This document shows positions 29,499 to 37,747 of a DNA stretch of 64,000 nucleotides, in pieces. Origin of the DNA: Acidobacteriota bacterium (GTDB lineage: Bacteria > Acidobacteriota > Polarisedimenticolia > J045); contig JALOKP010000009.1 of assembly GCA_025456425.1 (NCBI GenBank), positions 13,388 through 77,387 on the forward strand, written 5' to 3'. Position 1 is the first letter of the stretch. Each line of letters begins with the position of its first letter. Below the pieces are notes generated by a model. That model was not told the origin of the DNA. It saw only the letters and a list, made by a program, of their open reading frames with translations, and made no database searches. Both the position numbers and the translations under genes were made by a program.

Positions 29499-30347
29499 AT
29501 GCGGATCGGAATGCGGTCGGCCCTGGCGGCCGGCGGGGCGGGACGGAGGGGGCTGGCGATCGTCCTGGCCGGGTTCCTCGCGGTCATGCCTCCGGTCCCG
29601 GCCAGCGCGTCGCCGGTCGATGCGGCCGCGGCCGAGAGCTCGCTCTCGGACCCCTTCCCGTCGAGCCTCTATGTCGAGCGCGACGTCAAGGTGGCGGCGC
29701 GCCGCTCGGGCGTGATCGAGAAGGTGCTGGTCGACCGCGGGCAGTCGGTGCGCGCCGGCCAGGCGCTGGCCATGCTCGAGACCGACCTCGCGACGCACGA
29801 GGTCGAACTGGCGCAGGAAGAGCTGCGGCTCGCGGAGACCGAGCTGCAGCGCGTCGCGCCGCTGGCCTCGTCGGGGATCGTCTCGCAGCAGGAGCTGCAG
29901 CAGAAGCAGATCGACCGCGACCTGGCGAAGACGCGGCTCGCCCGCGAGAAGGCGATGCTCGACCGCTGCACGGTGCAGGCGCCGTTCGCCGGCGTGGTCG
30001 CGGAGCGCTGGGCGGTTCTCGGCGAGCGGGTCCAGGAGGATGACAACACGCCGCTGTTCCGCGTCGTCGCCTCCGGGCCGCTGCGGGCGCGCGTCGACCT
30101 GCCGGAGGCGATGCTGGCCCGCGTCGCGGTGGGCGGCCGGGCGGCAGTCACGCTCGACCGCGATCCGGGCACGGTCCACTCCGCACGGGTGGTCTTCGTC
30201 AGCCCATCGGTCGACGCGGCCAGCGGGACCGCGCCGGTGATCGTCGAGCTGCCGGCGGCCGGTCCCGCGCTGCGCCCCGGCTCGGCGGTGACGGTGCGGC
30301 TGGCGCTGGGTACGGGCACGGCGGCTGGGGGGCGGAGCGGGCGATGA
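29499..30347 (+). CDS. Membrane fusion protein (HlyD/RND periplasmic adaptor)
   Basis: VAARRSGVIEKVLVDRGQSVRAGQALAML, helical hairpin, VQAPFAGVV, VSPSVDAASGT. Confidence 0.88.
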   Translation: MRIGMRSALAAGGAGRRGLAIVLAGFLAVMPPVPASASPVDAAAAESSLSDPFPSSLYVERDVKVAARRSGVIEKVLVDRGQSVRAGQALAMLETDLATHEVELAQEELRLAETELQRVAPLASSGIVSQQELQQKQIDRDLAKTRLAREKAMLDRCTVQAPFAGVVAERWAVLGERVQEDDNTPLFRVVASGPLRARVDLPEAMLARVAVGGRAAVTLDRDPGTVHSARVVFVSPSVDAASGTAPVIVELPAAGPALRPGSAVTVRLALGTGTAAGGRSGR

Positions 30348-31048
30348 GCCCGCGCCTCGCGGCGCGCAGCGGGGCGCGGCGCCGGCCGCCGGCAGCCCAC
30401 GCGGCCCCGAACCTGCTGGTCCACGAGCTGAAGCACCTCGCGGGCCGGCTGCAGTTGCTGAACGAGAACCTGGCCGGCCACTTCGGCGACCCCGCTTTCC
30501 GGGCAAGCGCGTGGGAGCTGCTCGACGACACCGTCCGCCAGTTGCGCCGCCTCGCCGCGGAGATGCACGAGCGCGAGGGCCGGCTGATGGTCAAGCTGCG
30601 CGTCGACCTCAACGAAATCCTCGACGACGCGCTGGCCTCCTGCCACCCCGACCTCGCGGGGGCGGTCGAGCTGGAAGAACGCCTGACCGAGCTGCCGCCG
30701 ATCTGGGGCGATCGGTTCCTGCTGCGCCGGGCCTTCTCCTGCACGATCGAGAACGCGCTCGAGGCCATGGCGGGGCGCGGGACGCTGCTCGTCGCGTCGG
30801 GCGTCGTGCGGCGCGGCGGGCGGTCGCGTCTGCTGGTCGAGTTCATCGACGACGGGCCCGGGATGTCGGCCGAGTTCAAGCGCCGGCTGCTGACCCGGCA
30901 GTTCGCGAGCGGCAAGGCCGACGGGCTCGGGCTGGGGGTTTACACGGTGCGGCAGGTCGTCGCGCTGCACGGCGGGACCGTCCGGATCACGAGCGCCCCG
31001 GGTGCCGGGACCGAGGTCCGCTTCTACTTTCCCGTGGACGAGGAGTGA
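30344..31048 (+). CDS. Soluble histidine kinase core (PrsK-like DHp + HATPase) without sensor domain
   Basis: H-box VHELKHL, N-box IENALEA, DDGPGMS, GLGLG; ATGA overlap with the MFP gene. Confidence 0.8.
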   Translation: MSPRLAARSGARRRPPAAHAAPNLLVHELKHLAGRLQLLNENLAGHFGDPAFRASAWELLDDTVRQLRRLAAEMHEREGRLMVKLRVDLNEILDDALASCHPDLAGAVELEERLTELPPIWGDRFLLRRAFSCTIENALEAMAGRGTLLVASGVVRRGGRSRLLVEFIDDGPGMSAEFKRRLLTRQFASGKADGLGLGVYTVRQVVALHGGTVRITSAPGAGTEVRFYFPVDEE

Positions 31049-31051
31049 CGG

Positions 31052-32425
31052 GTGCCCGGGTCGCGCACCTTGCTGCTCGTGGTCGAGGACGACCGCCTGC
31101 ACGCCGACCAGCTGCGGTGGGCGCTCGGCGAGCACTACGCCCTGCAGTTCGCGGCCGACCGCGACTCCGGGGTCGCTGCGCTGGCCGAATCCGCACCCGA
31201 CCTCGTGCTGCTGGACCTGTGCATGCCGCCGGAGATGTCCCCCGAGGCCGGGCTCGCGGTCCTGCGCGCGGTCCGCGCGCGGGATCCCGACACGCCGGTC
31301 GTCGTGATGTCCGCGCTGGAGGAGCGCGAGCCGGCGCTGCGCGCGGTCGAGCAGGGGGCCTGGGACTTCTTCACCAAGCCGATCGACGTCGCGGCGCTGA
31401 AGGTCGTTTTCTCGCGGGCGCTCGAGCGGCAGGCGCTGGCCCGCGAGAACCGGCGCCTGCGGGCCGACCTCGAGCAGCGCTTCCAGGTCGAGGGGATCGT
31501 CGGCGCCTCGCCGGCGATGGTCCGCGTCCTGGAGGCGATCCGGCGGGTCGCGGACAGCCCGGTCACGGTCACGATCGAGGGGGAAAGCGGGACCGGCAAG
31601 GAACTCGTGGCGCGCGCGATCCACTACTCGGGGGCGCGGCGCAACGGGCCGTTCGTGGCGGTGCACTGCGCGGCGCTGCCCGACTCGCTGGTCGAGTCGG
31701 AGCTGTTCGGTCACGAGAAGGGGGCCTTCACCGGCGCCGACGCGCCGCGCGTCGGACGCTTCGAGGCAGCGCGCGGCGGAACGCTCTTCCTGGACGAGAT
31801 CGCGACGCTGCCGCCGGCCGTGCAGGTCAAGCTGCTGCGCGTGCTCGAGGAGCGTGCCGTCGTCCGGCTCGGCTCGAACGAGCTGCGGCCGGTCGACATC
31901 CGGCTGGTCGTCGCCACCAACGAGAGCCTCGAGGCCCGCGTCGCGCGAAAGGAGTTCCGCGAGGACCTGCTCTTCCGGATCCGAGGCTTCCCGATCCTGG
32001 TCCCCCCGCTGCGCGAACGGCGCGAGGACATCCCGCTGCTGGCCGAGCACTTCCTGCGCACCGCCTGCGAGCGCGACGGACGGCCCGCCAAGCACCTCGA
32101 CCCCGAGGCGCGGCGCGAGCTGACGGCCCGGCGCTGGCCCGGGAACGTCCGCGAGCTGCTGCACGCGATGGAGAACCTGGCGCTCACGGTGGACCGGGAG
32201 ACGGTGCGGCCGGAGGACCTGCCTCCGCCCCCGGAATCGCTGCCGCCGCTGGGGGCGATGAACGAAGCACCGTCCGACTTCAGGACGGCCGTCCTGCGCT
32301 TCGAGCGCCAGCTGCTCGAGGGGGCGATCGCCCGCGAGGGCGGCGTGAAGGCCCGGGCCGCCCGGGCGCTCGGGCTCGATCCGGCCCAGATGAAGTACCT
32401 GGTCCGGAAGCACGGGCTGAAGTAG
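31052..32425 (+). CDS. Sigma-54-dependent response regulator (NtrC family, PrsR-like)
   Basis: REC domain ([16 protein letters not shown]), [31 protein letters not shown], Fis-type HTH. Confidence 0.95.
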   Translation: MPGSRTLLLVVEDDRLHADQLRWALGEHYALQFAADRDSGVAALAESAPDLVLLDLCMPPEMSPEAGLAVLRAVRARDPDTPVVVMSALEEREPALRAVEQGAWDFFTKPIDVAALKVVFSRALERQALARENRRLRADLEQRFQVEGIVGASPAMVRVLEAIRRVADSPVTVTIEGESGTGKELVARAIHYSGARRNGPFVAVHCAALPDSLVESELFGHEKGAFTGADAPRVGRFEAARGGTLFLDEIATLPPAVQVKLLRVLEERAVVRLGSNELRPVDIRLVVATNESLEARVARKEFREDLLFRIRGFPILVPPLRERREDIPLLAEHFLRTACERDGRPAKHLDPEARRELTARRWPGNVRELLHAMENLALTVDRETVRPEDLPPPPESLPPLGAMNEAPSDFRTAVLRFERQLLEGAIAREGGVKARAARALGLDPAQMKYLVRKHGLK

Positions 32426-32446
32426 GCGTCGGAGCGGCCGCCGAGT

Positions 32447-32486
32447 GGGTGAATTTTTCACCCTCTCCTGGATGAAGAATTACCCC
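32447..32486 (+). promoter_or_regulatory. Candidate upstream activator sites for a sigma-54 enhancer-binding protein
   Basis: Dyad GGGTGAA-TTT-TTCACCC (32447-32463) plus a degenerate copy GGATGAAGAATTACCCC (32470-32486), about 100-135 bp upstream of the -24/-12 box. Confidence 0.55.
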
Positions 32487-32582
32487 TGGCCTCGTACAAA
32501 CTAGTATTCAATGTCGCTTCTGCGGGATGTCATCTATATTAAAATGAACGACTTAACGGTCCGAGAAGCCTAGCGCGCGGGA

Positions 32583-32598
32583 TGGCACGCGGCGTGCA
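32583..32598 (+). promoter_or_regulatory. Sigma-54 (-24/-12) promoter
   Basis: TGGCAC-GCGGC-GTGCA with GG at 32584 and GC at 32596 (correct spacing); AT-rich tract upstream; adjacent sigma-54 activator gene. Confidence 0.8.
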
Positions 32599-32638
32599 TA
32601 TTGGTCTGCGTCCACCAGATGGGACGGGAGACCAGACG

Positions 32639-33196
32639 ATGAGCAAGCCCAAGAGCGTGACGATCAAGTTGACCGAGAAGCAGCGCACCCAGATCAAGTC
32701 CGCCACCGGCGTCGACCACTCCGAGATCCGCGTCGAGTCGTTCGACGGGAAGGTCGGGAACGAACTCGCCGCCAAGACCCCGCTCCGCGCCAAGTCCCCG
32801 CTCGCGGGCAAGAGCGCGCTGGCCAAGAAGAACCCGCTGGCCGCCAAGAGCGCGCTGGCCAGGAAGAACCCGCTCGCCGCCAAGAGCGCGCTGGCCAAGA
32901 AGAACCCGCTCGCTTCCAAGGCCGCTCTGGCCTCGAAGAGCGCCCTCGCCTCCAAGTCGGCGCTGGCCTCCAAGAGCGCCCTCGCTTCGAAGAGCGCCCT
33001 CGCCTCCAAGTCGGCGCTGGCCTCCAAGTCGGCCCTGGCCTCCAAGAGCGCCCTGGCCTCCAAGAGCGCCCTGGCCTCCAAGAGCGCACTCGCCTCCAAG
33101 TCGGCGCTGGCTTCCAAGAGCGCCCTCGCTTCGAAGAGCGCCCTCGCCTCCAAGTCGGCGCTGGCTTCCAAGAGCGCCCTTCGGAAGTCCTTCTAG
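32639..33196 (+). CDS. Leader + hexapeptide-repeat protein (185 aa; (SALASK)n), putative exported precursor
   Basis: GGGAG RBS. A 40-aa unique N-terminus is followed by 10 degenerate hexads, 13 perfect SALASK units and SALRKSF. Synonymous codon variation fits this reading frame. Confidence 0.88.
   Translation: MSKPKSVTIKLTEKQRTQIKSATGVDHSEIRVESFDGKVGNELAAKTPLRAKSPLAGKSALAKKNPLAAKSALARKNPLAAKSALAKKNPLASKAALASKSALASKSALASKSALASKSALASKSALASKSALASKSALASKSALASKSALASKSALASKSALASKSALASKSALASKSALRKSF
32759..33190 (+). repeat. 18-bp coding tandem repeat array (about 24 units)
   Basis: Units such as AGCGCCCTCGCCTCCAAG and TCGGCGCTGGCCTCCAAG; perfect SALASK block at 32939-33172. Confidence 0.95.
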
Positions 33197-33216
33197 TCCG
33201 GGCGATCGCTCGAGAT

Positions 33217-33253
33217 GGAACGCGGCGGCCACCGGCCGCCGCGTTCCTTTTTT
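33217..33253 (+). terminator. Rho-independent terminator of the repeat-protein gene
   Basis: 14-bp stem GGAACGCGGCGGCC / GGCCGCCGCGTTCC with ACC loop, followed by TTTTTT. Confidence 0.9.
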
Positions 33254-33269
33254 CCGGCGCCACCGCGCC

Positions 33270-35375
33270 CTACCAGACCACGGTCGAGATCCAGCGCGAG
33301 AAGCTCCACCAGAGCTGGCCCAGCGCGCTGCGGGACGGCCCCGAGAACTGCACGGCGCCGCTCATCCCCGGACGCAGCTGCTCGCCGGGATTGTCGACCT
33401 CGACCAGGACGCGCACCTGTCGGGCCCGCCGCACCAGGTCGAGGTGGGCGCCGCCCCCTTCCGGATCGACCGCCACCGGCGCGACGTCCCGGACGGTGGC
33501 GCGCAGGGTGCGGCCGGGCAGCGACTCGGCGCGGATCCGTGCCGGCGCGCCCACCCGGACCTCCTCGATGTCCCGCTCCGAGAGCCGGGCCGCCAGTCGA
33601 GCCCGCGCCAGGCCGTCGATCACGCAGACCGTCTCTCCTTCCGCGAGCTGGCGGCCCGCCATCTCCTCGACGCGGTAGGTCGACACGATCCCGGCGATCG
33701 GCGCGGCCAGGACCAGCCGGCCCTGCCGCGCTTCGAGCATGGCCAGCCGGCTCTCCGCCGCCCGCGCCAGCTCGCGCGCCGCCGCCTCGGAGGCCGCATC
33801 CCGCGCGTCGCGCGCGCGGGAGGCCTCGCGCAGCGCGCGCACCCGGGCCGACTCCGCCGCGGCCCGGTCGGCTTCCAGCTCGGGGCTGGCCAGCCGCGCC
33901 AGCTCGGCCCCCACGGCGACGCGGTCCCCCTCGCGCACGGCGACCGAGGTGACGAGCGCGTCCGACGGGACCCGCACCACGGCCCGCTCGGCCGGCTCGA
34001 CGACGAAGGGCCCGGTGATCCGCGTCGGCAGCGGCACGAGCAGCAGCGCCGCGGCCAGCAGCACCACCGCGATCGCCACGCTCGCCTTTCCCTGGGCCGT
34101 CGCCAGCCACTCGCGCTTGTCGAGCCAGAGGTGGCGCACGAACCGGCCGAAGGCCTTGAGCTTGCTGCGCAGCAACCAGTAGAAGAACAGCCCCAGCGCG
34201 ATGTAGCCGGCGGGGCCGAGCCAGCCGACGAACCAGCGTTCCAGGAAGTGGTAGATCACCGCGATCATCAGCACCATGTAGAGAACCGCGGCGACGCCGT
34301 AGACCAGGTAGATCCGCCGCCGGCGGCGCGAGATCGCATGCTCGGGTACCTCGAGCCGCAGCACGTGCTTCTTGAACAGGCCGCCGATGTACTCGAAGCT
34401 CTCCTCCCGCAGGTTCGGCACGTCGAGCCAGTCCATCAGCAGGTAGTAGCCGTCGAGCTTGAGCAGCGGGTTGACGTTCAGCACGATCACCGAGAGGCCC
34501 GTGAAGAAGACGAGGGTCAGCGCCAGATCGTGAACCCACGACTCGGCCGGCGTGGCAAGCCAGACTACCGTGGCCACCGACGCGAGCATCAGCTCGAAGT
34601 AGGGCCCCCCGAAGGTCGAATAGAGACGGTGCGACTGCTTCTCGAACAGGTACGAGTCGTCGATGTTGCAGTAGAAGGCGGGCTGGAAGTAGAAGATCAT
34701 GAAACCGATGTCGTGCACCTCGCCGCCGAAGCGCTTGCAGGTGAAGCCGTGGCCGAACTCGTGCCAGATGCTGACCCCGGCCAGCAGCGCGAAGAACCCG
34801 ACCCAGCCCCAGGCGGTCTTCTCCTTGAAGTTCCAGAGCTCGAAGAAGCCGCTCCAGTACAGGTCCCAGTGATAGACCAGGAAACCGAGCATCACGGCGA
34901 AGATCGCCATCCACGGCAGCACGAACCAGGGGGACCAGACCCAGCGGATCCAGGGAATGACCCGGTCCATGATCGCGTTGGGGTCGAACAGCGGGATGTG
35001 GACCTGGAAGATCGTCGAGCGCTCGGCGTCGTAGAATCGCCGCTTCCGCATCGTCTTCAGCTTGTCCATCATCACCAGGTGCCGCTCGCGTTCGCCGCGC
35101 TCGAGCAGGTCCAGCCCCTTCAGCGCCTCGAGGTAGTCCTGCACGAAGGCCTCGGTCAGCGGCCGCTGGGGGTTCTTCGCGCTGAACTCGCGCGCGATCT
35201 CCTCGGGCGTGCGCGAGCCGTCGATCAGCGCCAGCAGGTCGTCCTCCCACGGCTCGAACTTGAAGAACTTCTGCGTCGCGCCGTCCTTGACGATGACGTA
35301 GTCCTCCTCGCGGGTCGCGAGGCGGCGGTAGACGACACCCGGCTTCAGGCGCGGCCGCGCTGCGGCGGGGTTCAC
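33270..35375 (-). CDS. PqqD/RRE-like domain + M50 (site-2-protease-like) membrane peptidase + HlyD-type MFP fusion
   Basis: N-terminal YVIVKDGATQKFFKFEPWEDDLLALIDGSRTPEEI, WHEFGH, NVNPLLKLDG, C-terminal VAVREGDRVAVG...LAAPIAGIV. GTGA overlap with the upstream gene. Confidence 0.88.
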   Translation of the reverse strand: MNPAAARPRLKPGVVYRRLATREEDYVIVKDGATQKFFKFEPWEDDLLALIDGSRTPEEIAREFSAKNPQRPLTEAFVQDYLEALKGLDLLERGERERHLVMMDKLKTMRKRRFYDAERSTIFQVHIPLFDPNAIMDRVIPWIRWVWSPWFVLPWMAIFAVMLGFLVYHWDLYWSGFFELWNFKEKTAWGWVGFFALLAGVSIWHEFGHGFTCKRFGGEVHDIGFMIFYFQPAFYCNIDDSYLFEKQSHRLYSTFGGPYFELMLASVATVVWLATPAESWVHDLALTLVFFTGLSVIVLNVNPLLKLDGYYLLMDWLDVPNLREESFEYIGGLFKKHVLRLEVPEHAISRRRRRIYLVYGVAAVLYMVLMIAVIYHFLERWFVGWLGPAGYIALGLFFYWLLRSKLKAFGRFVRHLWLDKREWLATAQGKASVAIAVVLLAAALLLVPLPTRITGPFVVEPAERAVVRVPSDALVTSVAVREGDRVAVGAELARLASPELEADRAAAESARVRALREASRARDARDAASEAAARELARAAESRLAMLEARQGRLVLAAPIAGIVSTYRVEEMAGRQLAEGETVCVIDGLARARLAARLSERDIEEVRVGAPARIRAESLPGRTLRATVRDVAPVAVDPEGGGAHLDLVRRARQVRVLVEVDNPGEQLRPGMSGAVQFSGPSRSALGQLWWSFSRWISTVVW

Positions 35376-37747
35376 GGCAGCCAGCCCCAGATCGCGTTCC
35401 ACGCCCAGCGGGCGGGGCGACGGAACAGCACGCGCCCCAGGCTCGCGCGCCCGCTGTCGATCTTGGCCCGGCCGGTCATGCCCGAGCGCAGCCCCTCCGG
35501 CTGCCCGTCGAGGCGGGCCCGGACCGTGAAGACCCGGCCGGCGTCGGCGTCGTCGGTCGCGACCACGCCGACCTGCTCCACCGCGGCCCGGACGCGCGTC
35601 GTCGGGAGCGCGTAGAGCCGGACCTTCACCGGCATCCCCGGCGCCACCAGTCCGGCGTCGCGCTCCGGGACCAGGACCTCGATCTCCTGGCGGTCGATCT
35701 GGACGATGTCGCAGAAGACCTCGCCGCGCGCCAGCTTGAGCCCGGCCCGGTCCTCGATCCGGGGGGTCGCGACGACGCCGGACGCACGGGCGCGGATCCG
35801 CATCCGTGCCAGGTCGGTCTCCCAGCGCTCGACCTCGGCGGCGAGGCCGGCCAGCCGTGCCGCCTCCGCGGACGCCCCCGCTGCGTCCGCCTCGGCGCGG
35901 CGCGCGGCCAGCGCGCGCTCGGCGATCGCGCGGCGAGCGCGGGCCTCGGCCAGGCCGGCCTGGATCTCGACGTCGTCGAGGCGCGCGAGTTCCTGGCCGG
36001 CCTCGACCGCGTCCCCCTCGCGGACCAGGACCTCGACCACCCGCCCGCCGGTCTCGGCCGCGGCCGGCACGCGACGCTCGGGCAGGACGCGGGCATCCCC
36101 CGCGATCCGCAGCGGAACCGGCAGGAACAGCAGCGCAAGGGCTGCCAGCGCCGCGCCCGCCAGCCAGGTCGCCCGCGCCCGGCCGAGCTTCTCCAGCCGC
36201 GCGGTGGTCCGCGCCAGCGGCTGCATCACCTGCCGCATCGGCATCTGGTCGAACAGCGCCGCGTTGCGCAGCGCGACCGTGGCCTGCGCGCCGAGCAGCT
36301 GCGCGGCCTCGATGTCGCGCGCCGAGAAGGCGTACGCCGCGGCCGACTCGAGGACCCAGGTCCCGAGCCGTCCCGCTTCGTCGGCCAGCGGCACGGCCAG
36401 GAAGCTGCGCATCCCGCTGCGCTCGAAGTAGGCCCGGAACTTCTCCCGCGTCTCGGGGCGGTCGCTGTCGATCGTCCCGTCGTCCTCCTGGACCACGTAG
36501 AGCCCCTCCTCCAGCCCGGCGGTCCACTCCAGCAGCCCCTTCAGCTCCTTCATCTCGGCCAGCGACTCGTCGACGAAGGTCTGGCCGCTGACGGCGGCGA
36601 TCTCGAAGCGGCTGCCGCGCCGCACCCCGACCGCCGAGCGCTCGAAGGAGAGCAGCTCGGCCGGCCGGTGCACCAGCGTGAAGGCCACCTTCTTCGCGTC
36701 GAGCTGGGAGGTGAGTTCCTGCGACACGCCGAGCAGCTCTCCCAGGTCCGCCGCGCGGCGCTCGGCGTCGAGTCGCCGCGCGTTGACGAGCGCGATCGCC
36801 GCGGTGGCGGCGATCTCCTGCAGGAAGGTCAGGTCGTCGCCGTCCAGCGGGTCGCCGTTGGCGCGGTTGACGACCTCGATCGCCCCCACGGCGTCGCCCT
36901 CGGCGGTGACGATCGGGACGCAGGCGGCGCTCGCGATCTCGAGCCCGGCGTCGACGTCGGGACGCGCCTCGAGGTCCGGGACCGCCTCGGCCTCGCCTGC
37001 GAGCATCGGTTCGCCGGCAGCCAGCGCCGCCCCGACCAGCCCTTCCGCGGCGGGCAGTTCCCAGCCGGCGACGATCTCCGCCGCGGTCCCGGCCGCGGCC
37101 GCGACGCCGACCGACTCGCGGTCGGCGCCGAGCAGCCAGAGATAGGCCTGCTCGACGTCGAGCGCGGCCTGCACGCGGTTGACGATCACGCCGGTCAGGT
37201 CGCCCAGCTCGACCGTCGCCGCGAACGAGCGCCCGATGTCGTAGAGCCGGGAGAGGCGCTCGATCACCTCGATCATGTCCTGCTGCGCGCGGTCGCGCTC
37301 GCGGACCGCGGCCAGCGCCGATTCGGCGGCACCCAGCGGCTCGGCCGCGGAGGCGGCGTCGGCGGTCGCGTAGGCCCCGTCGGCGCGACCGCGCTCGAGC
37401 AGCTCGATCACGCCGAACGGACGGCCCGAGGCCCGCAGCGGCAGCACCAGCCGGGAGCGGAAGCCGGCGTCGTCCGCCGCCACCGCGACCGGGGCGTCGA
37501 ACGCCATCGCGCGTGCCGCGGCGTCGGGCGGCTCGTCGCCGGCGGCGCGCGCCTCCGCCGGCCAGGCACCGGCGAACCGAAACCCGCGGTGCCGGTCGAA
37601 AACGAAGACCCGGACGCTTTCGGCACCCAGCAGCGCCCCGACTGCCCGCGCCAGGGCCCCCGCGGCCTGCGCCTCCCCGGATGCCCGCGCCAGTTCTCCC
37701 GCGAGCCGCCAGACCGACCGGGTGTCACCTCCCGGACTGCCCATCAC
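35372..37747 (-). CDS. Triple GAF domain + TM + HlyD-type MFP fusion
   Basis: Three GAF-like segments (LVLPLRASGRPFGVIEL; CVPIVTAEGDAVGAIEVVN; FLAVPLADEAGRLGTW), a TM, and VLVREGDAVEAGQELARL...IRARASGVV...GMTG. Confidence 0.88.
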   Translation of the reverse strand: MMGSPGGDTRSVWRLAGELARASGEAQAAGALARAVGALLGAESVRVFVFDRHRGFRFAGAWPAEARAAGDEPPDAAARAMAFDAPVAVAADDAGFRSRLVLPLRASGRPFGVIELLERGRADGAYATADAASAAEPLGAAESALAAVRERDRAQQDMIEVIERLSRLYDIGRSFAATVELGDLTGVIVNRVQAALDVEQAYLWLLGADRESVGVAAAAGTAAEIVAGWELPAAEGLVGAALAAGEPMLAGEAEAVPDLEARPDVDAGLEIASAACVPIVTAEGDAVGAIEVVNRANGDPLDGDDLTFLQEIAATAAIALVNARRLDAERRAADLGELLGVSQELTSQLDAKKVAFTLVHRPAELLSFERSAVGVRRGSRFEIAAVSGQTFVDESLAEMKELKGLLEWTAGLEEGLYVVQEDDGTIDSDRPETREKFRAYFERSGMRSFLAVPLADEAGRLGTWVLESAAAYAFSARDIEAAQLLGAQATVALRNAALFDQMPMRQVMQPLARTTARLEKLGRARATWLAGAALAALALLFLPVPLRIAGDARVLPERRVPAAAETGGRVVEVLVREGDAVEAGQELARLDDVEIQAGLAEARARRAIAERALAARRAEADAAGASAEAARLAGLAAEVERWETDLARMRIRARASGVVATPRIEDRAGLKLARGEVFCDIVQIDRQEIEVLVPERDAGLVAPGMPVKVRLYALPTTRVRAAVEQVGVVATDDADAGRVFTVRARLDGQPEGLRSGMTGRAKIDSGRASLGRVLFRRPARWAWNAIWGWLP

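Noticed and set aside
32582-32638. Upstream ATG extension of the repeat protein (ORF track start 32582)
   Set aside because: This ATG overlaps the -24 box of the sigma-54 promoter and lies upstream of the expected TSS; the RBS supports 32639.
32539-33171. Antisense ORF with (LEARALLEASAD)-type repeats
   Set aside because: It is a shadow of the SALASK repeat. The promoter, RBS, terminator and synonymous variation all support the plus-strand frame.
32759-33190. Possible CRISPR array
   Set aside because: The 18-bp units are contiguous with no unique spacers, they are in-frame coding, and no cas genes are present.
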